The notes beneath the pieces are model-generated. The model worked only from the letters and a program-made list of their open reading frames with translations, was not told where the DNA came from and ran no database searches. From Lama guanicoe (Eukaryota), in NCBI GenBank assembly GCA_013239625.1, contig MU053881.1, forward strand, positions 16,360,373 to 16,424,372: a stretch of 64,000 bases of DNA, in the 5' to 3' direction. Numbering within the stretch: position 1 is the stretch's first letter; each line of letters starts with the position of its first letter. Shown here one piece after another: positions 11,518 through 23,465 of the stretch. Position numbers and translations under genes: made by a program.

Positions 11518-12006
11518 CCCCTAGGAGTCCCCCAACATACACCTGGGCTGAGAGAGGAGCCATGCTTGGCCTGGGGTCACTCACTCCCTTTCCCTATATG
11601 ATGGCCTGTGGTCCCCTCCCAGGGAGCCAGCAGTGATGCTCCCCAGCTCCACAGGGAGGGAAGAGTGTATGGCCCCAGAAGACCTCTCCTGGATAGGGGT
11701 GACCCTATCTCAAAGCTTGAGGATCAAACCAGCACCATTCCTGGTCCAGCCAGCTGTCCAAGCCCGAGGCACAAAGCTCCAATACTCCAAACAGACTCCG
11801 CACACTCCTGCCCCCATCTTGGTCTCTGCCCCAAAGACCTTATTCTGCTCACCCCACCCCTAGCTGCTGGACACTGCTCTTCTCACACCCTCCTCCCCTG
11901 CACAGACCCGCCGGTAAGCTCCCCTACCCTACCCCTCGACCTTAAGGCTGTCCTTTCCCCAAGGCTCCCCATCCTCAGCCTGGGACATCAGGACAGGAAG
12001 GCTTAC

Positions 12007-12124
12007 CTTACAGGACACCATGAACATGGTGAAGATGAAGATGAGGGTGGCTTTGGACACTGGGAGCCAGCGGGTCTGCTGGAGGGTGAAGAGGATGGCT
12101 CCGTACAGGCTGGCCTTGGTGGGG
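12007..12124 (-). CDS. TMEM38A: TMEM38A coding exon 5
   Basis: ttccag| acceptor. Encodes (F)[39 protein letters not shown]. 118 nt, AAG|GTAAGC donor; cumulative CDS 672 nt (phase 0). Confidence 0.97.
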
Positions 12125-12246
12125 CTGGAAGGGGCAGCTATGGTTACTGGGAGGTGCTACACAGCTCAGGCCTTTGCACCTTTGGCTCAGATCCCCTTCT
12201 CTGCCCACCCCTGCAGGCTCCAGCTCCCATCCCAGCATCTTCGGAG

Positions 12247-12790
12247 TGTGAAGAGGAAAAATGTCCATGTGAAAGGTCTGGCCTTGGCCCTGCATCTGGA
12301 AGGTATCCACTAAGCCCTGGGAACGTCCTGCCTGATAGGAGTACTTTTGTTTACCTGGGGACTTTGGGTCACATCAGATCATCATAGTGTGATTTAGGGT
12401 GGGGTCTTGGGCCATGTGGTATCAGCTGAACCCCTAGAAAGACTGGAGACTGAGGTCAGCCCTGCATGCAGTCAGCTATATCTGTGTGACCAAGTCCCAG
12501 TGAGACCCTCGAACACCAGGGCTCGGGGGAGCCCTACTGGTTGGCAACCTTCAGCGCAGTCACACATGCTTGCCAGGAGAACAGGTGCTGTCCACACAAA
12601 GCCACTGGGACGGGGTGATTGGAAGCTTGCGCCCGGTCTCCCCTGAATGCCGCCCCATGCAATTTGCCAATTATAATCTGTATCCTTTCGTTGTAATAAA
12701 CTATAACCCGAGTATAATGGCTTGGCTGAGTTCTGTGAGTCCTTCCAGCAAATCATTGAACCTGAGGGTGGTCCTGGGGACCCCTGAAAA
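12247..12790 (+). mobile_element. MER21-like ERV LTR in TMEM38A intron 4 (antisense to the gene)
   Basis: ctggagactgaggtcagcc, ggttggcaa, tgtatccttt..tgtaataaac, and gagttctgtgagtccttccagcaaatcattgaacctgagggtggtc motifs. Confidence 0.75.
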
Positions 12791-13145
12791 GTGTACTCCC
12801 CTAGAAGATGGGATTACAACCCACCTTATTGTAGAGTGGAAGAGAATATAACTAGCCTGAACCTTTCAGGTCTTCTCTGACTTGGCAAAGGTGCTGGCCT
12901 CTGTCCAGAGGCTTCTTCTTTGCCAGAAAACTCCTACTCACTCTTCAAAACCCAAATCAAGTATCTTATCATCCTGAAACTCTGCCTGCCCATGCCCCCT
13001 AGGCAGTGTCATGCTCCTCCTCTGGGGTCTCCCAGCCATGGCCTCTGGAAACTTCTGGAAGGAGAAGCAGGGGCTGAGGCTGCCAAGTTACCAGGAGTCT
13101 CCAACCTAGGGTCAGGCCCAGAGGGCGGGGAAGATGGGTACTCAC

Positions 13146-13233
13146 AAGGACATGTGCAGAATCTCGTTGGTCTCTGGCTTCCAGACCCCTCGGAGCAGCT
13201 GCTCAAAGTTGGACATGAGGGCAACGCCAGAGC
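13146..13233 (-). CDS. TMEM38A: TMEM38A coding exon 4
   Basis: catag| acceptor. Encodes (G)[28 protein letters not shown](F). 88 nt, TT|GTGAGT donor. Confidence 0.97.
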
Positions 13234-14026
13234 CTATGGGACAGGATACATCTGAACAAGTCTGCCACCCCCAGCTCCCTGTTCTCCTTGGCTGAATTCC
13301 CAAGGAAGCAGCATCTTTGCTTCTGGAGTCTTCTTCAGAGGGATACTGAGCCTGGGGTGTATGATGATCAGTTGCAGGTGGGGCAACAGAGGTTCAGAGA
13401 GGACACAGTCTTGCCAAGGGTCACATGGCACATTTGGAGCAAAACCAGCATGAAGTAATCAAGGTCATACCCCACCTACAAGGTATGTCTTGGACAAATT
13501 TGGGTTGTCGGCCCTTTTGCCCCCAAACCAGGACCCTGAGCTGTGCAAGAGGCTTCCAGGGGGCTCCCCACCCCTAGCCTCTCTCCTGTGAGGGTTCTGA
13601 ACTTTCAACCTTTCTCAAGCTGCTTGCCCCCTGGAAGGCACATTGCACCCCTAGGGGGTTTGCTCTGTTGCACAGGGTTCCTGGAGAGAGACTAAGGAGA
13701 ACCACATTAAGACTTCTGGTTAAATTTCTAGAAGAATCTTCTCATTTACCCCAAATATATTGGCTAAAAAGGCTTGGACACCCACTCCAGGAGCGTTGGC
13801 TGTGCTAACCAGAGTGCCTGGTATGTACCACTGCACTATGGGTTTGCATCTGGGGTGATTTTGCCCTAAATGTATCAGCTAATGAGGAGGCTGGACTACT
13901 GTAGGCATCCTGAGACTCCTTAGTCCAGAGCAATGGCTGTGCCAGCTGGGGTGCCTGATAAATACCACTGAGCAGGGGTTCTCAACTGGGGTGATTTTCC
14001 ATCGTTCTCATCATGGCCCTGTTTAC

Positions 14027-14211
14027 CTTTGACCCAGCCAGTGGCGATCATGACGAACCACCCGTGGTGGTAGTGGTGGTGCGCATGATGAATGCCCACG
14101 GCGATCTTGCGGACTCTCACTACCTCCTTCATGGCCACGAAGATGAGTTTCACCGGCAGGAAGCAGACGCACTTGTAAAAGAGGTCCAGGGGGCAGAAGA
14201 AAATCAAGTAC
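14027..14211 (-). CDS. TMEM38A: TMEM38A coding exon 3
   Basis: caaag| acceptor. Encodes [61 protein letters not shown](G). 185 nt, AG|GTAAAC donor. Confidence 0.97.
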
Positions 14212-14435
14212 CTTTGGAGGGAGAAGGCCAAGCATTAGGGGGAGGCAGACCCTCCTCTCTCACTCACTGGGCTCAGGACGGCTGGGCAGTGGAAAGCGGC
14301 GAGTTAGGGCCACTGTGGAGGCTGTGCTGGTGGGTCCTAGTTCCTTCCACCTCCCTCCTCCCATCTCCCAGGTAGCCAGGTTGCCTCGCCCGCCTGCTCT
14401 GCCTTCTACCCCTCACCCAGACCAGTGACACTTAC

Positions 14436-14592
14436 CAGACAGCTGAAGCCAGCAGGATGCTGGAGTTGTTGCTGAAGTAGTCGATCAGGGGCTCCCCGAG
14501 AAGCAGATCAGCCAGGATGTAACTCCCGAAGCAGTGCAGCATGGCGCACAGCCAGGATGCCATGGGGTGGCGCCGGGATAGCTCGACGGCTC
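14436..14592 (-). CDS. TMEM38A: TMEM38A coding exon 2
   Basis: ctcag| acceptor. Encodes (G)[51 protein letters not shown](W). 157 nt, TG|GTAAG donor, phase matches exon 1. Confidence 0.97.
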
Positions 14593-15094
14593 CTGAGGGG
14601 CATGGAGTGTCCTCCACCGTCACCGGGGTGTCAAGAGCATGCTTCACCTTCACGCCCTCTGCTCAGCCCATCCTAATTCAACTGCCTTCGCAGCTGCCCA
14701 CCCAGTGCCTCGCAGTTCACCCATTTCAGAGGAAGAACCAAGGCTCAGAGAGGCTGCATACATGTCGGAGGTCACACAGAGAGAAGGCAGAACAAGTTGG
14801 GGCTCCTTCCTCTGAGCTCAGGGAGGTGGCAATGACTTAACACCAGCTCACATGTAGCAAGCATTCCCAGGTCTCAGACACCGGGTTTAGCATTTATAGG
14901 AAGGACCCATTAAATCCTCATTGATAACTACAGCCAAGTGATCATGCTTATTATCCGCACGAGGAGACAGACTTGGAGAGACAGGACAAGGTGCAAAGGG
15001 GACACTTTGATGCAGTTACTCCTGCTTGGGATGATGCCAAGATCTCTATAAACTTATCCCTACATTTTTGGTCTCTACTTTAAAAAGATTTTTT

Positions 15095-15985
15095 GTGTGT
15101 ACTAAAATATACATAAAATGGGCTTTATCCATTTTTAAGCGCACAATTCAGTGGTATTAAGTACATTCACGTTGTTGGGCAACCATCCTCACCATCCATC
15201 TCCAGAGCTTTTTCACCTTGCAAAACTGAAACTCTGTCCCCATTAAACACTGACTCTCCATTCCCCTTTCATCCCAGCCCCTGACACCCACTGTTCTACT
15301 TCCGTATCTATGAAACTGACTCCTCTAGAGACCTCATATGAGTGGAATCATACAGTATTTGCCCTTTTGTGTGTGGCTTGTTTCACCCAGCATAATGTCC
15401 TCAGGATTCATCCACATTGCAGCCTGTGTCAGAATCTCTTTCCTTTTTAAGGCTGAATAATATTCCATCACATGGATCTACCACCTTTCACATATCCATT
15501 CATCTATCAGTGGATACTTGGGTTGCACACACCTTTCAGCTACTGTGAATAGTACCGCTAAGAACATGAGAGTACAAATATCTGTATGAGTTCCTGCTTT
15601 CAATTCTTTCGGGTCTATTCCAGATGTGGAGCTGCTGGATGAAATGTTAATTCCATTTTAATTTTCTGAGAAAACTTCATACTGTTTTCCACAGCCACTG
15701 CACCGTTTCCCATTCCCACCAGCAGTGCGCAAGGGTTTCAACTTCTCCACATCCTTGGCGACACTGGTTGTTTTCTGTTTTTTGGTAATAGTTATCCTGA
15801 TGGGTATGAGGTGGTCTTTTGTTGTGGTTTTGATTTGCATTTCCCTAAGGATTAGCGACATGGAATGCCTTTTCATGTGCTTATTGGTCAGTTCTGTATC
15901 TTCTTTGGAGAAATATTGATTCAAGCCCTTTGTGCATTAAAAACAAAACTGAGTTGCCCTTTTGTTGCTGAGTTGTTATCTTGTG
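15095..15985 (-). mobile_element. L1 (L1MA/MB-like) 3' fragment
   Basis: Antisense L1 3' UTR. ORF 15658..15924 (FSKED..NKHMKR.S.SLI.REMQIKTT) is the L1 ORF2 C-terminus. Confidence 0.85.
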
Positions 15986-16424
15986 GAGAATATTCATTTG
16001 CTGGGAAAAGAACTTTCATTGGCCCCAGATAGGAAGGCACAGCAGAAGGAATTTGAAAGGTGAAACCGAAGATCTCCTGAGCCCTGTCTTGCTGGAGGAG
16101 TACCATCAGGGCAGAGGGAAGCCACAAGGTATTGGTACCAATGGGGCAGCGCAGGGCATGCCCATGTGTGTGGAAGGGTGCAGAGGGAGCAATAAGGAAA
16201 GCCAGATGAGGGAGTCCTTGACGGCAGAATTATACATACAGAGTGAGGAGGGAGAGAGGGCATTCTGTGCTGGCAGCATGGGAGGAACAAAGATACGAAA
16301 GCAAAAATGGCCAGTCACAAATGCTACTTCCTCCAGGAAGGCTTCCTTGCTCTGCTGAGCCAGTCACTCCCAATTCTGGGCTCCCACCACCCCATGGACA
16401 CTACCCTACCTTTTAAAAATACAC

Positions 16425-16632
16425 TTTTTGTTTTGTTTTGTTTTTTAGTGGTTATATTTTGGGTAGGAGGAGGTAATTAGTTTAATTAATTAATTAATTA
16501 TTAATGGAGGTACTTGGGGGAGGTAACTAGGTTTTATTTATGTACTTATTTTTTAATGGAGGTACTGGGGATTGAACCCCTGGACCTCATGCATGCTAAG
16601 CAGGCACTCTCCCACTGAGCTATACCCTCCCC
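16425..16632 (-). mobile_element. vic-1-like SINE with duplicated tail
   Basis: ggtactggggattgaaccc..gcatgctaagc..cactgagctataccctccc. The tail motif gaggtaa..ttaatggaggtact occurs twice. Confidence 0.85.
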
Positions 16633-17046
16633 ATCCCAAACTTTATTTTTGGTCTTGTTATTTTATTCCACTTTTCACATCAAATAACAAAAAGCAGATT
16701 AGTGGTTGCTTAGGGCTGGAGGGGATGGGGGAGATGGGAGGGTAATAGCTGAAGGATCAGGGTTTCTTTCGGAGGTGTTGGTTGCACAATTCTATGAAAA
16801 TACTAAAATCCAGCGAATGGGATGCTTTAAATGGGTGAATTGGGTGGTATATGAATTATATCACCACAAAGCTGTTAAAAATAAAAGAATAACAAAGAAA
16901 ATATGGAATTTAGTTTCTGCAACTGAGGATATACACTCCCAAATGATACTGAATTGAGTCTGATAAAGTCAAGGCAACAAAATACAAAAGAATGGCCTTG
17001 CTTAACAAGTGGAAATAGGGAGCCCATCAGTTAAGAAGATGGTGCA

Positions 17047-17199
17047 GGGGAGGGTGTAACTCAGTGGTAGAGTGTGTGCTTAGCATGCACAAGGTCTGGG
17101 GTTCAATCCCCAGTACCTCCACTAAAAAGCTAATTATTATTACTTTAAAAACACATAAATAAACCTAATTACTTCCCCCCCAAACAAACAAACAAAAAA
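17047..17199 (+). mobile_element. vic-1-like SINE
   Basis: Full head and tail. TSD aagatggtgcag at 17036-17047 and 17198-17209. Confidence 0.88.
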
Positions 17200-17654
17200 G
17201 ATGGTGCAGATCATTGCTCTCCAACTTGGCTGTACACCAGTGTTACCTGGGGACTTTACCAACTCCTGACACCTGCGCCCCACCCGGAGTGTCTCAGTTG
17301 GTAGGTCTGGGATGTGGCTGGGCTTGTGGATTTTTTAATAACACTTCTCAGTGATTCCTTTGTGCATCAAAGTTGAGCACCACAGAGATAGGGGACTGAA
17401 CTGGCCAGTGTCCCGACACCCAGCAGCCCTGATAATCCAAGACCTTCCACCCACAGCTGACAGGATGGGCTCCCAAGAGCAATGTTTTTCAAACTGTGTT
17501 TCTGGGAACCATGAGGGTTTGCAGGAGCAAAGGAGGGACCAAGTTGGTATGTTCTGGGTCCTTCCCCCTGTTTCAACCAGAGCACAACTTCCTTTACTGC
17601 TTCCTCTCAGAGTTCAGCAGAAGACTTTGTTTGAAAAGGAGAATCTGGTATTCA

Positions 17655-18312
17655 CATAGTCCTGTGTGCAGATGTTCATAGCAGCTTTATTTGTAAACAA
17701 CCCAAATGACTTCAGTGGGTGAATGGATAAACAAACTGTGGTACATCTTTACCATGGAATACTACTTGGTAACAAAAAAGGAATTAACCAGGGCTACATG
17801 ACACAACCTGGATGGATCTCAAGGGTGTTATGCTCAGTGAAGACAGCCAATCACAGAAGGTTATGTACTATATGATTCCACTTATATAACATTCTCCAAA
17901 TGACAAAATCATGGTGATGAGTGTGGCAGGCAGGAGATCCATGGTCACCAGGGGTTGAGGTTCAAAGGAAGATCTAACCATCGAGGGGCCTCATCAGGAA
18001 GTTTCTTTGAGATGCTAGAACCATTTTATATCTTGATTGTGGTGGCAGTTACTCAAATCTACACAAGTGATAAGGTTTCAAAGGACTGTATTTAAAAAAC
18101 AGTGCATGTAAAAACTGCTGAGTCAAGTCTTTAGTTAATGGTATTACACCGATAACAATTCCCTGGTTTTAACAATGAGCGACCATTATGTTAAGATGTT
18201 GTCATTGGGGGCAGCTGGGTGAAGGGGACTTGGGAATTCGTACCACTGTTGCAACATACGAGTCTTAAACTCTTTCAAGATAAACAGTACTTTAAAATCC
18301 CAAATTAAAATA
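17655..18312 (+). mobile_element. Old L1 (L1MC/MD-like) 3' fragment
   Basis: gatgttcatagcagctttatttgta, gtgaatggataaacaaactgtggtacat, and tatcttgattgtggtgg motifs. Confidence 0.75.
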
Positions 18313-19289
18313 CAGAAGGGGCCTAGTTCTTCAAAAATTACTTTACCAAAGAAACTAGAGGTACAGGATTCATGTCAATTAGTTAAATTCTACACTTTGT
18401 ACTACCCACTTGAAGTTTTTAGAGTCTTTTTGAATAGTTGAGTTCTGTCTTTATGCTAATATCATCCCTCTACAGCCACACCCCTGAGTTGGAACCTGGG
18501 TGTCTCCTGGTGTGACAATTTATTTCATTATCTTGATTCCTCCTTCCCCCACTAATTTCATTTTCCAGGGAATGAATTTTGGATTAAGTTGTAAGACACA
18601 GCTACTTGGCTCTCATGGCCAGAGCTGGTACCAATGACTCTCTTTGAACAATTTATTTGAATCCAATGAAGATTCCATTCAGTGGGAACATGAGATGACA
18701 AGGTTACAATGTGTGATCTATTAATCAAAAGATGAATTAAAAGAAATCATCAGTTCAGATTTGTCGAGTTTTGGGGAAATTTTTCTCTTCATTTCTAGAG
18801 ACTGGATGTCTTTTGTCTCAAAATTGTCAAAACTGAATGCTTGGCCTATTTATGCCAATGTGTGTACTATGTGTGAAGCTATTGACATAAACACGTATAT
18901 ATACTATTGATACACTCAGTAAGTTGATTTGATCTGAATCCTTGGGCAAGTACAGAGGCCTCATCAGTCTTACCTGCTGTTGGAGCCCCAGTGCGCACGG
19001 CGCTGCGCCTGCCACTTGGCAGTTGCTCTGTAAATAATTGTGAGTGAAAGCACTGCTGTCCTTGTGAAGCTTACATTCTAGCACATGTGGACCGAACACT
19101 CCTAGGCATTGAGGTTGTGTCGGGGCACTTTGGGTTACATTGTAACCACAACCTCCCCTGCTCCATTTATTTATTGAGTTACTGTTGTATCCCAGGCAAC
19201 TAGGTATCTTCACATCATCCTCAAGGCTTCAGCATCAGAGCCCAGGCTTTTAGCCACAGGTAAAATAGGGATCAATATCCCTACCTACA

Positions 19290-20065
19290 GTGAATCTCTA
19301 CCCTGAATTCAGGTCGACCAGAGCCTCAGGACATGACCTCATGTGGCGTAGGGTCTTTGCAGATGTAATTAAGGTAAGGATCTTGAGATGAGATCAACCA
19401 ACCTGGAGCATCTGGGTTATGTCCTGAATCCAATGAGAGTGTTTTTATAAGAGACAAAAATGGAGAAGGTGTTGAGTTGAATTCATAAGAGGATATGTTG
19501 AAGTCCTAACCCTTGGTACCTTATTTGGAAATAGGATCTTTGCCGATGTAACGAAATCAAGATGAGGTCATTAGGTGGGCCTTCATCCAACATCTTGTGC
19601 TCCTCATGAGAAGAGGAGATGAACCACAAGGAAGAAGGAGGCAGACTGTGGTCATCCAGCTATAAGCCAGGGAACTCCAAGGATGCTAGCCACCTCTAGA
19701 GCGAGGAAGAGGCATAGAAAGAGTCTTTCCTAGAACCATCAGAGAGCATGGCCCTGTTGACACATTGATTTTCGGTTTCCAGTTTCCAGAATTTCAAAGT
19801 TCTCTTTCTTTCTTTTTTTTTTTTTATTATTTTTGATGTATAGCTGATTTACAATGTTGTGTTAGTTTCAGGTTATAGCAGTGATTCAGATAGATATATA
19901 TATATTATATCCATATATCCTTTTTCAGATTCTTTCCAATTACAGGTTACTACAAGGTATTGAATATAGTTCCCTATGCTGTAACAGAAGGTCCTGTGAG
20001 AGAATACATTTCTGTTGTTTTAAGTCACTTAGTTTGTGGTTATTTGCTATGGAAACAAACATAGA
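19290..20065 (+). mobile_element. Nested MLT1 LTRs with a short antisense L1 tail (about 19810-19985)
   Basis: Two MLT1 starts (gtctttgcagatgtaattaag; gatctttgccgatgtaa). The end tgtgagagaatacatttctgttgttttaag resumes after the L1 tail. Confidence 0.7.
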
Positions 20066-21067
20066 ACCTGACAGATGAGGCAACAGAGTCTCCCCAAGGT
20101 CAAGAGGCTTCTCCAAGATCACCCATGCATTCAGTGAATAATTTTCAGCTCCAACCATGTGCTGGGCCCTTGCTAGGCACCAGGGATGAGCCATGAGCAA
20201 GAACTGGTTCTGGCATTACCTGTGCGGGGTTCATAGACTGGTGGGGAGCCAACATGGTTAAATAATCCCACAAATGAAGGTTAAACCTAAGGGAGAGGCA
20301 CATGATACTTTGAAGGGTCTAATCAGGGAACAGTCCTAGCTGAGGAAGTCAGACTTCATTTAGGAAGTGGTGCTTAAGCTGAGATCTCAACAATGAGCAG
20401 GATTTCCTAGGAGGTGGGGGTGGAGGGAAGAAAATGAGCCAGGCAAAAGAAGAGAATGGGAAAAGGTGGGAGGGAGAGGAGAGAGGATACCTAAGAATCA
20501 AGGGGCATCAGTGCAAGATACCCTGGGTAGGTCAGCATGGGCTGAACATCCAGCAAAGCAAGTGATCCAGCCAGGGCCATGTGGACCACATACCTTTCAT
20601 CACAGCATCCAAGTCTTTCTTGGGTCTGATGTGCAATGTTCTAAGCCCATGTTGGGGTAAGAAACAAGAAATCCACTCCCCTCTCCCAAGGGAGCTGCCT
20701 TCTTTTCAGATCACTCACCCTCACAGAGAAGTGGGGAAGGGAATACCTGCCCCTCCTCTGGAGAGAAAAAGCCCAAATTGCCCTTGTACACACACAGTTG
20801 GGAGGATCAATAGGCATACCAGCTTGGAGGCAATCTAGCAACTGAAGAAATGTGAAACTGTGGGTCACCAGTGCCCCAGCAATTCTGCTTCTCCTTATTT
20901 GTCCAAAGAAATCAGTGCGTGTGGGTGAAGAGACATGGGGAGGGGGGTGTCACTGCCACATTGTTACAACAGGAAAAAAGTAGAGTCTACTGTTTCTTGC
21001 TAAGGAGGTGGAGTCAGGCAAAATGGAATACCATGGAGTAGCTATTTAAACATGAACTAAATGTTAC

Positions 21068-21292
21068 TCTTGGCTCACCGTCCTCAGGGCTGCTGATGCT
21101 CGGGGCTGGATCATTCTTTGCTGCAGTGGGGGCTGTCCTGTGCACTGCAGGGTGTGGAGCAGCATCCCTGGACTTCACCCATTCGAGGCTTGTAGCCCAA
21201 TGCCACCCTGACTGTGACAACCAAAAATGTTTCCAAATGTTGCCAAATATCCCCTGGGGACAAATTCCCTTCTGGTTGAGAACCTCTGCTCT
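21068..21292. mobile_element. MER20 (hAT-Charlie) MITE
   Basis: ggggctgtcctgtgcactgcagg..agcagcatccctgg..tgtgacaaccaaaaatgt..ggttgagaacc. Confidence 0.8.
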
Positions 21293-21549
21293 AGATGTTT
21301 CAACACAGATAAATCCTAGAAGGTTACTGCGGAGTGAAAAGGTTAGGTTGCCAAATGATATATTTGTGTGTATTTTATGTATATATTTAAAACAACACAG
21401 AATGCTCTATGTAGTTCATAGATCTATATACAGTGGTGAAGGTATAAATACAAACATGGGAACAATACAGGCTGATTTTAGGACAGTGGTCACACCTAGG
21501 GAGGGAGGGAGGGGAAGGGACAAGGTTGGCTGTGTCTGTCACCATTTCT

Positions 21550-21686
21550 TTATTTTGTTTGGGGTTTTTTTTGGTGGGGGGTAATTATGTTTACTTATTT
21601 ATTTTTAGAGGAGGTACTGGGGATTGAAGCCAGGACCTTGTGTATGCTAAGCATGTGCTCTACCACTTGAGCTATACCGTCCTCCC
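21550..21686 (-). mobile_element. vic-1-like SINE
   Basis: Reverse head gaggtactggggattgaa..atgctaagcatgtgctctaccacttgagctatac. Imperfect TSD tcac..tttcttta. Confidence 0.85.
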
Positions 21687-22934
21687 TCACTGTTTCTTTA
21701 AAAAAAAAAAAAAGATCTGAAGCAAATCTACGTTCATATCTGGTAAGTCTGTGTAAAGAGTACAGAGGTACCTGTGATAGTTATTAAGTATGTCTGAAAT
21801 ATTTAATCACCCAAACTAGAAAAACAAAATCAGCCTTAAAAAGTAACAAAGTCCTGATACATGCTGCAACATGGATGAACCTTGAAAACATGCTGAGTGA
21901 AAGATGCCAGACACAAAAGGTCATATACTGTATGATTCCACTGATAGGAAATGTCTAGAAAATAAACATGCATAGGGACATAAAGGAGATTAGTGGTTGC
22001 CAGGGACTGGGGAAGAGGGGAATGGGAGTGGCTGCCCATGGGGGCAGGGCCTCCTTTTGAAGTGATGAAAAGGTTCTTGAACTTTTACATTACATACAGG
22101 TGTAATCACATCATATGGCCTTTCGCATCTAGCTTCTTTCACGGAGCACGATATTTTCAAGGGTAAAATTCATTTTCAATACCGTATAGTAGCTCATCAC
22201 AGGAATAGATCACAAGTTATTTATCCATTTTCTTGTATATTCTACATTTTCTAATCAGGAAATATGCCTAATAAAAGTTATCTCAGAGTAAGTCAGCAAC
22301 TCACTCCACCTTCTCTTCACCATGTGTTCTTGGACAAACCATTTTTTCCTTTCTGCATTCCTTTCCTTCTGTCAAGTGGCACCCTAATCCCCCTTTGCCC
22401 AACTTCTGCCAGGGGCTGGAATCAAATTTTCTGTTCTCAATCTCACCCTAGAGTCACAAGCCCAAAGTGCATCTTCTCCACCCCCCTTGAGGTTATCCTA
22501 AGTCTCAGCATTCACCAGGTTCCTCCATTATGAAGCAGAATGCCCTCTTCTCTCCTCTGGGACATCTATTTAAAACGCTGCCAGCTGAGAGTTAATCCTT
22601 CGGAGCAGCTGGTGGGTCCTGCAGGGCCCGGGTCAGGTGAGGCACCCATGTTTTTGCAGAAATGGATACCTCTGCAACTAAAAATAACCCCCAGGGGTTG
22701 AATTCTATCCAGGGTCTTTCTTGGGCCCTCTGGGACCATATGGCCAGTGCGGGTGGGGCTGGGAGCCTGGGTTTTGCTGGAACAAAGTAGGCTCCTCACG
22801 ATGGGTGAGGACTGGTAGAAAAGCCACACACTTGGGTTTTGGCTCTGCTGTTCACTCTGGTATGGCTTTGGTCAAAGGACTGCCCATCCCTCACCCCCTA
22901 GCCTCAGTTTCCTCTTCTGTCAAAAGGAGAATAT

Positions 22935-23110
22935 GGGGGTGGAGAGGGTATAGCCCAGTGGTAGAGCATGTGTCTAGCATACACCAGGTCCTGGGTTCAA
23001 TCCCCAGTACCTCCATTTAAATTAATTAACTAACAAATAAATAAATAAATAAACCTAATTACCTCCCCCTAAGAATGAAAACTAAATAAATAAAATTTAA
23101 AATTTAAAAA
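22935..23110 (+). mobile_element. vic-1-like SINE
   Basis: gggtatagcccagtggtagagc..ggtcctgggttcaatccccagtacctcc with an (aata)n tail. Confidence 0.85.
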
Positions 23111-23182
23111 AGAGGGACTGAGAGCACCCCCCTCCCCAGGTACTATTGATGACTCAGTACTGGGTGCATTATCATCACCAGG

Positions 23183-23465
23183 CTTTTTTTTTTAAGTTGA
23201 AGTATAGTTGATTTACAATATTGTGTTAGTTTCAGTGCACAGCGAAGTGATTCAGTTATACATACATATATATATTCTTTTGCAGATTATTTTCCATTAT
23301 AGATTATTAGATGATATTGAATATAGTTACCTGTGCTACACAGTAAATCCTTGCTGTTTATCTGTTTTGTATATAGTTGTGTGTGTCTGTTACTCCCAAA
23401 CTCCAAATTTATCCCTCCCCCACTTCCCCTTTTGGTCACCACAATTTTGTTTTCTCTGTCTGTGA
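23183..23465 (-). mobile_element. 5'-truncated lineage L1 3' tail
   Basis: Poly-T then ttgaagtatagttgatttacaatattgtgttagtttcag..ttgaatatagtt. Similar tails lie at about 25470-25720 (TSD tctagatYagc) and about 41480-41680. Confidence 0.8.

Noticed and set aside
11608..12387. 259-aa plus-strand ORF
   Set aside because: It is antisense to TMEM38A exon 5 and GC-rich intron, runs into an LTR, has a non-ATG start and resembles no protein I know.
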